Assembly: GCA_045567365.1 (NCBI GenBank)
Contig: JBJLDC010000012.1
Span: forward strand, 30,809-94,808
Direction of reading: 5' to 3'
Source: Candidatus Pelagibacterales bacterium
Lineage (GTDB): Bacteria; Pseudomonadota; Alphaproteobacteria; Pelagibacterales; AG-422-B15
DNA: 64,000 bases
Each line of letters starts with the position of its first letter. The first letter of the stretch is position 1. The position numbers and the translations under genes were made by a program. Below are positions 43,072 through 51,368 of this stretch, one piece after another. A model generated the notes under the pieces. That model did not search any database, was not told the origin of the DNA, and saw only the letters and a list, made by a program, of their open reading frames with translations.

Positions 43072-44787
43072 ATGAAATTATTATCAGTTTTAATTATAGC
43101 TTTATTCTTTGTTTCATGTGGAGAGCAGAATGAAATAAGTATTTTAAAAACTGACATAAATGATGGGCTTAGCGAAGAACACAGAAATGAATTTCGGCGT
43201 GATATTGTTGAGGTAACTGATGGGGTCTATTCTGGTATAGGTTTTGGTTTAGCTAATTCAATCATGATTGAAACAAGTGATGGATTAGTTATTGTAGATA
43301 CTCTCGGTTCTGAAGAACGAGCAACTGAGATGTTGGAAGAGTTTAGAAAAATTTCATCCAAACCGATCAAGGCAATAATTTATACTCATAACCATTTAGA
43401 CCATATTGGAGGCACTACAATTTTTGCCCAAGAAGGAGAGCCAGAAATTTATGCGCATGAGAATATTCTCTACAACATAGATAATATCTCAACAACAATT
43501 AGACCAATAATTTTTGAACGTTCCGCTAGACAGTTTGGAATTCCTCTTCCTGAAGATAAAATTATACATCAGGGCATTGGAGGATTTTTAGAAATTAATG
43601 CTGGTTCCACTATTGGATTATTAAGACCAACGATAACTTTTGAAGATAAATTAGATTTAAAAATTGATGATCTTGAAATAGAGCTCGCTCATGTTCCTGG
43701 AGAGACTGATGATCATTTGTATGTATGGCTACCTGAACAGAAGGCTGTAATGGTAGGTGACAATTTTTATAGAACATTTGCAAATCTATATGCAATTAGA
43801 GGAACAAAATTCAGAAACCCAATGGAATGGGTTCATAGTATTGATAAAATAAGAGAGTTAGATGCTGAATATTTAATTCCAAGTCATAGCAGACCAATTG
43901 TGGGCAAAGAAAATATTGCTAAAGCGTTACTAGATTATAGAGATGGTATTCAGTTTGTTCATGATCAAACAATAAGACATATTAATAAAGGTCTATTACC
44001 AGATGAGATTGTAAAAATAGTAAAATTACCACCTCATTTAGCCAGTTCACCCTACCTTCAAGAATTTTATGGTTCTATTAGTTCTTATGTACGATCAGTT
44101 TTTTCAGGGTATATAGGCTGGTTTAGTGGAAATATAACGGAGTTACATCCTTTAGATAATACTATTAAAGCACAAAAAATAAGAGAGCTTGCTGAGAGAA
44201 GTATTTCTTTAAATGATGCAGCGGAAAGCGCACTGAAGAATGGTGAATTTCAGTGGGCAATGGAACTTGCTGATATTCTATTAGCTCTCAATCCTGAGGA
44301 TGAAGGCTCAAAGAAAATAAAAGCACAGGCAGCAGAGAATTTTTCTTATACTCAAACAGCTTCTAATGATTACTATTATTATCAAACTGTAGCAGGTGAG
44401 CTACGTGGGGAAATCGATGTTTATACAAATAGTAATAAAGTAACTCCAGCTCAACTTTATGCCACTCCAATGAAAACTATTTTTAATTCAATTCCCGTAA
44501 ACTTAAATGCAGAGAAGTCATTGGAAGTAGATAAGAAAGTTTTATTTACATTCACTGACTTAGAACAAGTTTTTAGAATTCATATAAGGCGAGGAGTAGC
44601 TGAATTAACTTATATATCTCAAAATGATGAGGAATTAGTAATTAAAACTGATCAACAGTCACTCAAAGAAATTTTTGCTGGATTAAAGAGTGTTCCTAGT
44701 ATTTCTCTCATGTTAGCTAAAAATGAAATTGAAGTTGAAGGTGGGAAAATAGAGTTTCTAAAGTTTTTATCTCTATTTCAAGGCTAA
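43072..44787 (+). CDS. Alkyl/aryl-sulfatase, SdsA1 type (MBL fold plus dimerisation plus SCP2-like C-terminus), lipoprotein
   Basis: Lipobox FFVSCG, the metallo-beta-lactamase motif HNHLDHIGG, and a 571-aa length and architecture typical of type III sulfatases. Confidence 0.8.
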   Translation: MKLLSVLIIALFFVSCGEQNEISILKTDINDGLSEEHRNEFRRDIVEVTDGVYSGIGFGLANSIMIETSDGLVIVDTLGSEERATEMLEEFRKISSKPIKAIIYTHNHLDHIGGTTIFAQEGEPEIYAHENILYNIDNISTTIRPIIFERSARQFGIPLPEDKIIHQGIGGFLEINAGSTIGLLRPTITFEDKLDLKIDDLEIELAHVPGETDDHLYVWLPEQKAVMVGDNFYRTFANLYAIRGTKFRNPMEWVHSIDKIRELDAEYLIPSHSRPIVGKENIAKALLDYRDGIQFVHDQTIRHINKGLLPDEIVKIVKLPPHLASSPYLQEFYGSISSYVRSVFSGYIGWFSGNITELHPLDNTIKAQKIRELAERSISLNDAAESALKNGEFQWAMELADILLALNPEDEGSKKIKAQAAENFSYTQTASNDYYYYQTVAGELRGEIDVYTNSNKVTPAQLYATPMKTIFNSIPVNLNAEKSLEVDKKVLFTFTDLEQVFRIHIRRGVAELTYISQNDEELVIKTDQQSLKEIFAGLKSVPSISLMLAKNEIEVEGGKIEFLKFLSLFQG

Positions 44788-45234
44788 ATGGGTTACAGGT
44801 CATCACTTATAGTAGGTATTTTAGGGTTAATACCATTTGTAATAATTTTTTTCTGTTGTTTAATAACACCTGCTGATCAAGAGGTATATAATCTATTAAT
44901 TTATTTATTTATTTCTTATGCCGCTATTATTTCATCTTTTTTAGGAGGTATACAATGGGGATTGATCACTGCTTCTGCTGACCGGATATATAATGTTCTC
45001 TTGCCATTACTAATATCAACGGTTCCTGCATTAATGGGGTGGTCCGCTTTAATCTTTATAACTAATCTATTCTATTCGTTAATAATCATTGTTATTTCCT
45101 TCTTAATTGCTTTGGCTCATGATTATTATTTGTATAATACTAAAGCTACTCCTTATTGGTTTTTAAATATAAGAGTTCCGTTGACGAGCTCAGTTATAGT
45201 GCTTTCATTTATGATGTTTTTTTATATTGATTAG
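44788..45234 (+). CDS. DUF3429-family small membrane protein
   Basis: 148 aa with four TM helices and the FLGGIQWG motif. Its start directly abuts the sulfatase stop (TAAATG). Confidence 0.55.
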   Translation: MGYRSSLIVGILGLIPFVIIFFCCLITPADQEVYNLLIYLFISYAAIISSFLGGIQWGLITASADRIYNVLLPLLISTVPALMGWSALIFITNLFYSLIIIVISFLIALAHDYYLYNTKATPYWFLNIRVPLTSSVIVLSFMMFFYID

Positions 45235-46463
45235 TTAATTATTCTTGAAACAAACCAAAAAATACCAAAGCTTATCACTAAAACAAAAATTAAATTTTTA
45301 AAAAATATTTCAAAATTTCTTAACTGTAAATATGAAATTAATTTTAAGAAGATTAAAATTAATGAAACAAAGATAATTTGCCCAATTTCAACGCCTATAT
45401 TAAAACCGGCTAAGCCATAAATTAAATTATAATTCTGAATTTCAGTTTTAAGAAGAAATGATCCAAATCCATAACCATGAATTAGACCAAATAAAACGGT
45501 AATAATGTATATAAGTATATTCTTATTTCTTAAATTTTTATATAAACCAAAATAACCTATAGAGAATATTATAATTCCAATCAATGTGGTTTTGGATATT
45601 AAAATTGGATTAATCAGACCAAGGGATAATAATAAAATTAATGCTGCTATTAATAAAAAAAATATCTCCTTAAATTTTTTTGTTCTTTCCAAGAAGTATT
45701 CAAGACCAAGAAAAAAAATTGTGAATCCAATAAGGGACTCGACAAGCATCATATTTGGAGTTGCATAACCTAGAGTAGAAAAAATAAGGGTAATACTATG
45801 ACCTAGTGTAAAACCTGTTATCACTATCAATAATTTTCTAATGCTTGAAATAAGTAAGACTAGTCCAGCAATAAATAAAAGATGATCGTATCCGTTTAGT
45901 ATGTGCTCAATGCCAATTTTTATGAAATTAAATATACTTGATAAAAAATCATTATTTTTTTCTTCGTTTTTATTCTCTGCTAAGTTGATAGATTGATCAT
46001 TATAGAAAAGAGCTTTTTCTAATATTATACTGTCTTCTTCATATATCCTTGCAATATGAATATGGCTTGGAATGATATCAAAAAATGCATTGTTAATTAT
46101 TTTAATTGCTTCTGGTTGCTTACATTGAAATTTCATTGCAACATTTATTGAACCTTCTTTTGAAGGTATTAAATGCATTGGTTTAATTTGGATGCATATA
46201 TCATTTCCGGATATAACTTTTAATCGTTTTTCAAGATATTTTATGAATGCTTCACTTTCGCTTAAGTTTTGTTCATAAAGAAATTTTTCTATGTCAGGTA
46301 ATTTTAAGACCCGAGTAGCTTCTATTTCAAATACATTAAATGTGCCATCAACGTTAACTCCATTTATATTCCATTTCGAATGTGACTCACTAAAATAATG
46401 TGCATTAGATGGATAAATTGAAACAAAAAATATGAATATTAAAAATTTAATTATTTTTAACAT
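45231..46463 (-). CDS. HupE/UreJ-family membrane protein with a ~170-aa N-terminal periplasmic extension
   Basis: Signal peptide ending SNA|HYF, a soluble domain, then GYDHLLFIAGLVLL and six TM helices typical of HupE_UreJ_2 metal permease-like proteins. Confidence 0.6.
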   Translation of the reverse strand: MLKIIKFLIFIFFVSIYPSNAHYFSESHSKWNINGVNVDGTFNVFEIEATRVLKLPDIEKFLYEQNLSESEAFIKYLEKRLKVISGNDICIQIKPMHLIPSKEGSINVAMKFQCKQPEAIKIINNAFFDIIPSHIHIARIYEEDSIILEKALFYNDQSINLAENKNEEKNNDFLSSIFNFIKIGIEHILNGYDHLLFIAGLVLLISSIRKLLIVITGFTLGHSITLIFSTLGYATPNMMLVESLIGFTIFFLGLEYFLERTKKFKEIFFLLIAALILLLSLGLINPILISKTTLIGIIIFSIGYFGLYKNLRNKNILIYIITVLFGLIHGYGFGSFLLKTEIQNYNLIYGLAGFNIGVEIGQIIFVSLILIFLKLISYLQLRNFEIFFKNLIFVLVISFGIFWFVSRIIN

Positions 46464-47319
46464 CTAAGTCATATCTCTTAATATTAGCATTTTCTTTTAG
46501 ATACTGAATATAATCCTTAAAATACTTATCATCCTTTGAATTTTTAAAATCAAATAAAATTTTATCATACAGTCTATTAAATAAATCAATATCTTTGATA
46601 TCACTATTTGTATTTCTAATTTGAATTAATAAGAAACCATTTTCATATTTAATCGGATTAGAAATATCATTTAGGTTTAACTCAAAAATATCTTTACATA
46701 TATTATTTCCTAATAATTGATTGCAGTCTTTTATGCTAATAAGGCGATTAGGAATTGAAAAAAAAAGCTCTTGATGAAATTGTTTTTTTGACTCTTCAAA
46801 TCCGATTGTGCTAATTGCTTCAAGTAACAAATTAATATCTTCTTCTCTCTGAGAGTTTAAAAAAATTATATCTAAGTGAATTAATTTACTTAATTGATAC
46901 TTTTTTTTATTATTTTTATAATATTCTCTTAATTCTTTTTCAGTAACTTCTTCTTCATTTTGCAGAAGAACTGAATTAATTACTTGTTGAATAATTGCTT
47001 TTCTAATCTGAATATCAAATTTATGAAGTTCAAGTTCAATTCCTTTTTGTAAAAGAAGTTCTTCCTCTATCATTTTCTCAAGAACAATTTCAAGTAATTC
47101 CTCGTCATTTTCATCGATTACATCGATTCCAAGTGTACTTATATATTTAATATATTGATCTTCAGATATGGTCATGTCGTTCACCAGAGCGACTGCATTT
47201 TGTTGTCTTAAATATTGATTTGAAGACTTAGATTGAAACAATTCTTGAGAAATTAGTAAGACGCCAATTATTAATGCAAAAACAAAAAGATAATTAATGT
47301 TGTTTATGAGGCGAAACAT
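46447..47319 (-). CDS. Membrane-anchored SurA/PpiD-like chaperone with a degenerate parvulin-like region
   Basis: N-terminal TM helix, VALVNDMTISEDQY (SurA-N-like), and TEKELREYYKNNKKKY. I cannot find a clean parvulin catalytic motif. It overlaps the downstream HupE-like start by 17 nt. Confidence 0.42.
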   Translation of the reverse strand: MFRLINNINYLFVFALIIGVLLISQELFQSKSSNQYLRQQNAVALVNDMTISEDQYIKYISTLGIDVIDENDEELLEIVLEKMIEEELLLQKGIELELHKFDIQIRKAIIQQVINSVLLQNEEEVTEKELREYYKNNKKKYQLSKLIHLDIIFLNSQREEDINLLLEAISTIGFEESKKQFHQELFFSIPNRLISIKDCNQLLGNNICKDIFELNLNDISNPIKYENGFLLIQIRNTNSDIKDIDLFNRLYDKILFDFKNSKDDKYFKDYIQYLKENANIKRYDLDVKNN

Positions 47320-47375
47320 ATCTCTTGCACTATCATCAATTTTTCTCCATTATTCAAGTGTTTCAAGGAAAATTT

Positions 47376-49778
47376 ATGACAATAATTAAATATTTTTTAT
47401 ATCTACTCATTGCAGTTTTTTTATTTATTTCAGCAGGAGTGGTTATATTAGATAGAGGTTTTTTTTCTGAGTCTTTGGGGCCAGGAGAAATTCAGGGAAA
47501 AATAAATTCTTCTGAGTTTGTGGTAAATAAAACTGAAAATTATAAAAATGCTGCAAAATCTGTAAATGCAAACAATGAAAAACAAATTTTATTTGGTGAT
47601 CTTCACGTTCATTCTACATTTTCATTAGACGCACATCAAATGAGCTTACCTATTGTTGGTGGAGTGGGAGTTCATCCAGTCGCCGATGCATGTGATTTTG
47701 CTAGACACTGTTCTGCACTTGATTTTTGGTCGATCAATGATCATGCGGAAAGTCTAACTCCTAAGAGATGGAAAGAAACAAAAGAAACTATACGAAAATG
47801 TAATCAACTTAATATTGATAAAGAAAATCCAGACTGCGTAGCTTTTCTAGGCTGGGAATGGACACAAGTTGGGGCTAACCGTGGTACTCATTGGGGACAT
47901 CATAATGTTATTTTGGCTGAAGAAGAAGAAGCTTTAGTCCCTGCAAGACCTATTGCATCGCAAAGTATTGCTCGTCAAGTACTTGGAAATGCACCTGACT
48001 GGCCAAATGTAACGTATGCATTTATCGATATGAAAAATTTTAAGAGATACCTTGATTTTAATAATTATGTCACAGAGATTTTAGATACGCCAATATGTGA
48101 GAGAGGGGTGCCATCGAAAGAGCTTCCAATAGATTGTAGTGAAGATGCATTAACACCACTTGTTTTAGCTAATAAAGTAAATGAATACGACAGCGATTAT
48201 ATAATTATTCCACATGGACAAACATGGGGACTTTATACGCCTAAAGGTTATACCCTGGATAAAGGACTTGAGCTTTCAAAGCAGTACCCTCATCAATTTG
48301 ATTTATTAGAGATTCACTCTGGTCATGGAAATAGTGAAGAATATAGATCTTGGCGTGCAGGTAAAGTAACGAGAGAGTCTGAAGTTGTTGTTGATACCAT
48401 GATCAACGTAAGAGACGTGACTGAGTTAGATTTTCAAACTGGCACTTTAATAGCTACGGTAGATGGGAAAGAAAGATCATTTGATTTCGGGACTCAAGTG
48501 TGTCCAGAGCCTTCGGAAAACTACACACCTCAATGTTGGAAGTTAGGAGAAATCATTTATGAAAGATGTATAAAAGCTGGTGTAAACAAAAACGAATGTG
48601 ATGAGAGAAAAATTAAGACACAGCAAATTGTTGTAGACCGCGGTCGCACAGGAGTAAATGCTATTTCTAACTTAACAGAAAGAGATAAATTAGATTCAGG
48701 CCAGTGCCGTGATTGCTTTTCTCCTGCGATGAATTACGTACCGGGTGGAAGTGCTCAGTATGGAATGGCTCTTACAAAATTTAAGGATGATGGATCTAAG
48801 CATCGATTTAAATATGGGTTCATTTCATCTAGTGATAATCATCAGGCTGCACCAGGTTCAGGTTATAAAGAATTGTTTCATACAAGTGTTGACGGTGTTG
48901 GGCCACCAAAAGAATTATTTGACAAATTCTTACACATGGAGCCTTACACTATAGGTGCTAAAAATGAAAACCCCGTGAAGGATGCATATATATCTGATGA
49001 CCAGCCAATTGATTTTGATCTTACTAAACTAACCCTTGGATTTAATACGATTGAATGGGAGCGACAGAGATCTTTTTTTCAAACTGGGGGATTAGCAGCT
49101 GTACACTCTGAAGGAAGGTCAAAAGAAGAAATTTGGGATGCTTTCAAGAGACATGAAACTTATGCAACAAGTGGTCCAAGAATTCTACTTTGGTTTGATC
49201 TTGTAAATAATCAAGATAGCAAAAATGGAAAATCACCTATGGGTTCTCTCGTAGAAATGAATCAGAACCCTGAATTTGAAGTCAGAGCTATGGGATCATA
49301 TGTTCAAAAAAGTGGATGCCCAGAAGATGCCTATACAGCACTTGGAGAAGATCGTGTGAACGAGCTTTGTTATAATGAATGTTATAATCCATCTGATGAA
49401 CGTAAGAAGATAACAAGAATTGAGGTTATTAGAGTTTGGCCTCAAGAGTACATAAATCAACCAATAGATGAAAGAATTGAAGATACATGGCTAGTTCACA
49501 ATTGTGACACTGACAAACTTGGATGCAGATTTACTTTTACTGATCCAGATTTTTCAACTATGCAGTCAGATGTTAGCTATTATGCAAGAGCAATTGAAGA
49601 GCCATCACCAATTATAAATGTGAAGGGTGCTCACTGCATATTCGATGAAGAGGGTAATTGTTCTGAATTTAAAATATGCACTCAGGATTTTAAAAATCCC
49701 CGTGACCTTGAAGCATGCACTAGCATTGATGAACCAAGGGCCTGGTCATCTCCAATATATCTAAATTATAAGTTATAA
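47376..49778 (+). CDS. DUF3604-family protein (PHP-like metal-dependent phosphoesterase fold), membrane-anchored/periplasmic and Cys-rich
   Basis: FGDLHVHSTFSLDA (the DUF3604/PHP N-terminal metal motif), an N-terminal TM helix, and many Cys residues. I prefer ATG 47376 (AAGGA upstream) over the track's TTG at 47325. Confidence 0.7.
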   Translation: MTIIKYFLYLLIAVFLFISAGVVILDRGFFSESLGPGEIQGKINSSEFVVNKTENYKNAAKSVNANNEKQILFGDLHVHSTFSLDAHQMSLPIVGGVGVHPVADACDFARHCSALDFWSINDHAESLTPKRWKETKETIRKCNQLNIDKENPDCVAFLGWEWTQVGANRGTHWGHHNVILAEEEEALVPARPIASQSIARQVLGNAPDWPNVTYAFIDMKNFKRYLDFNNYVTEILDTPICERGVPSKELPIDCSEDALTPLVLANKVNEYDSDYIIIPHGQTWGLYTPKGYTLDKGLELSKQYPHQFDLLEIHSGHGNSEEYRSWRAGKVTRESEVVVDTMINVRDVTELDFQTGTLIATVDGKERSFDFGTQVCPEPSENYTPQCWKLGEIIYERCIKAGVNKNECDERKIKTQQIVVDRGRTGVNAISNLTERDKLDSGQCRDCFSPAMNYVPGGSAQYGMALTKFKDDGSKHRFKYGFISSSDNHQAAPGSGYKELFHTSVDGVGPPKELFDKFLHMEPYTIGAKNENPVKDAYISDDQPIDFDLTKLTLGFNTIEWERQRSFFQTGGLAAVHSEGRSKEEIWDAFKRHETYATSGPRILLWFDLVNNQDSKNGKSPMGSLVEMNQNPEFEVRAMGSYVQKSGCPEDAYTALGEDRVNELCYNECYNPSDERKKITRIEVIRVWPQEYINQPIDERIEDTWLVHNCDTDKLGCRFTFTDPDFSTMQSDVSYYARAIEEPSPIINVKGAHCIFDEEGNCSEFKICTQDFKNPRDLEACTSIDEPRAWSSPIYLNYKL

Positions 49779-49829
49779 TTAGTCATTTATTATCATATAG
49801 TTATCAATCAAAATTCACTATTTCGTTTC

Positions 49830-49857
49830 ATGACAAATTGGCATTTAAGTCTTATTG
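49830..49857 (+). promoter_or_regulatory. Shared amt upstream motif, copy 1: ATGACA-aat-TGGCAT-ttaa-GTC-tta-TTG
   Basis: It has the same spacing and 18 identical specified positions as the copy at 51280-51307. It contains the imperfect inverted repeat ATGaCA/TGgCAT and begins 79 nt before the amt ATG. Confidence 0.5.
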
Positions 49858-49908
49858 AGGGTCTTAAGCAGGATGTTATTAAAGCTTATAATTTAGGGGG
49901 ACATTTAA

Positions 49909-51186
49909 ATGTTTAAAAACATAATCATTTATATTTTTATTGCTACTCTCACTTCTTCATCTGCATATGCAGGCGTTGACCAAGAAGTAGCTTATATTTT
50001 TAATACTTTTTCTTTTTTGGTTTGCGGATTCTTAGTTATGTGGATGGCAGCAGGATTTTGTATGCTGGAGTCTGGTTTAGTTACAACTCGTAGTGTTTCA
50101 ACTATCGCGGCTAAAAATATTGGAAAATTTGCTATTGTTTCTGTTGTTTTTTACCTCGTAGGTTACAACCTTGGATATGGTATACCAGAAGGTGGATATA
50201 TTGGAACTTTTTCAACTTGGACAGATACATCTTCAATTGAAACTGGATATTCCGGTGCATCAGATTGGTTCTTTCAAACATTATTTGTTTGTGCAACATG
50301 TTCAATAGTTTCAGGAGCAGTTGCAGAAAGAATAAAAATTTGGCCATTCTTTTTATTTTCGGCGATACTCGGTGGATTTATCTATCCCATTCAAATGGGA
50401 TGGGAATGGGGCGGAGGCTGGCTTGATGCATTAGGCTTTGCTGATTTTGCTGGCTCAACACTTGTTCATGCATGTGGAGGTGCAGCAGCACTTGCGGGAA
50501 TAATGCTTTTGGGTCCACGTATTGGTAGATACAGCACAAAAGGTGAAGTGCAATCAATGGAGCCTTTTGCAGCTTCTTCAATTCCATTAGTTGCTCTTGG
50601 AACTTTTATCCTATGGATGGGATGGTTTGGTTTTAATGGTGGCTCTCAGTTAGCACTTGGCTCTTATGAGGATGCAACAGCAATGTCTACAATTTTCATC
50701 AATACTCAACTTGCCGCATGTGGAGGGTGTCTATCTGCTGCAGTAGTTACCCGTTTAGTTGGTGGTAAAACTGATGTTATTATGATGTTAAATGGTTGTT
50801 TAGCAGGATTGGTTTCGATCACTGCTGAACCATTAATGCCATCTCCAATTCTAGCAATTATAATCGGCGCAGTTGGTGGAATAATAATGTACGTTGGTAC
50901 TAATTTTCTAAATAGTATGAAGTTAGATGATGTAGTTGGTGCAATTCCTGTTCATATGTTTGCAGGAATATGGGGCACAATGATTGTACCATTGTCTAAT
51001 CCTGACACCTCATATGTTACTCAATTTATAGGTGTTGCAGCTGTAATTGCTTTTGTCTTTATTGTCTCTTACATAGTCTTATTGATTATAAAAAATACTA
51101 TAGGACTTAGAATCAGTGCAGAAGCAGAAAAACTGGGTACTGACAAATCGGAAGTAGGAGTTGTAGCGTACTCTATTAGAGATTAA
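49909..51186 (+). CDS. amtB: Ammonium transporter (Amt family), copy 1
   Basis: 425 aa with a signal peptide, 11 TM helices, and Amt signatures (DFAGSTLVH, GWFGFNGGS, VGAIPVH). Confidence 0.93.
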   Translation: MFKNIIIYIFIATLTSSSAYAGVDQEVAYIFNTFSFLVCGFLVMWMAAGFCMLESGLVTTRSVSTIAAKNIGKFAIVSVVFYLVGYNLGYGIPEGGYIGTFSTWTDTSSIETGYSGASDWFFQTLFVCATCSIVSGAVAERIKIWPFFLFSAILGGFIYPIQMGWEWGGGWLDALGFADFAGSTLVHACGGAAALAGIMLLGPRIGRYSTKGEVQSMEPFAASSIPLVALGTFILWMGWFGFNGGSQLALGSYEDATAMSTIFINTQLAACGGCLSAAVVTRLVGGKTDVIMMLNGCLAGLVSITAEPLMPSPILAIIIGAVGGIIMYVGTNFLNSMKLDDVVGAIPVHMFAGIWGTMIVPLSNPDTSYVTQFIGVAAVIAFVFIVSYIVLLIIKNTIGLRISAEAEKLGTDKSEVGVVAYSIRD

Positions 51187-51205
51187 CCCTTAACTTTTAA
51201 AATTG

Positions 51206-51239
51206 CCCCTCAATCTTAAATGATTGAGGGGTTTTTTTT
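51206..51239 (+). terminator. Rho-independent terminator after amt copy 1
   Basis: CCCCTCAATC-ttaaat-GATTGAGGGG is a perfect 10-bp stem followed by T8. Confidence 0.85.
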
Positions 51240-51256
51240 ATTCTATTTTTTTGTTA

Positions 51257-51307
51257 ATGCCATTTTGGCAAAAAGTTTAATGACATGATGGCATAAGAGT
51301 CGAGTTG
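51257..51307 (+). promoter_or_regulatory. Shared amt upstream motif, copy 2 (51280-51307), plus an extra palindrome ATGCCA-ttt-TGGCAA (51257-51271)
   Basis: ATGACA-tga-TGGCAT-aaga-GTC-gag-TTG aligns with copy 1 without gaps. A second ATGNCA-N3-TGGCAW palindrome starts 23 bp upstream. Confidence 0.5.
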
Positions 51308-51368
51308 TTTCTTTGTTTTATCCAAATGATAGTGAGTTAACTTAAATTTTTTAAACGGAGAAATTAGA

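Noticed and set aside
47325-47375. The TTG start proposed by the ORF track for the DUF3604 gene, which adds MHYHQFFSIIQVFQGKF.
   Set aside because: The extension would begin only 6 nt from the divergent gene's start and would precede the signal-anchor helix. ATG 47376 has an AAGGA RBS-like sequence upstream and gives a normal N-terminal anchor. The extension is not excluded, only less likely.
49839-49857. Reading TGGCAT-N4-GTC in both amt leaders as a sigma-54 (-24/-12) promoter.
   Set aside because: The -12 element would be AGTC rather than TTGC(A/T), so the invariant GC is missing. From memory, SAR11-type genomes also lack rpoN. I kept it only as an alternative to test.
49830-49916. A 28-aa upstream ORF (MTNWHLSLIEGLKQDVIKAYNLGGHLNV) that starts at the ATGACA motif and overlaps the first amt start codon. 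It could be a leader peptide.
   Set aside because: The equivalent ATG in the second amt leader (51280) is followed by a stop after two codons (ATG ACA TGA). The conserved element is therefore at the nucleotide level, not a peptide.
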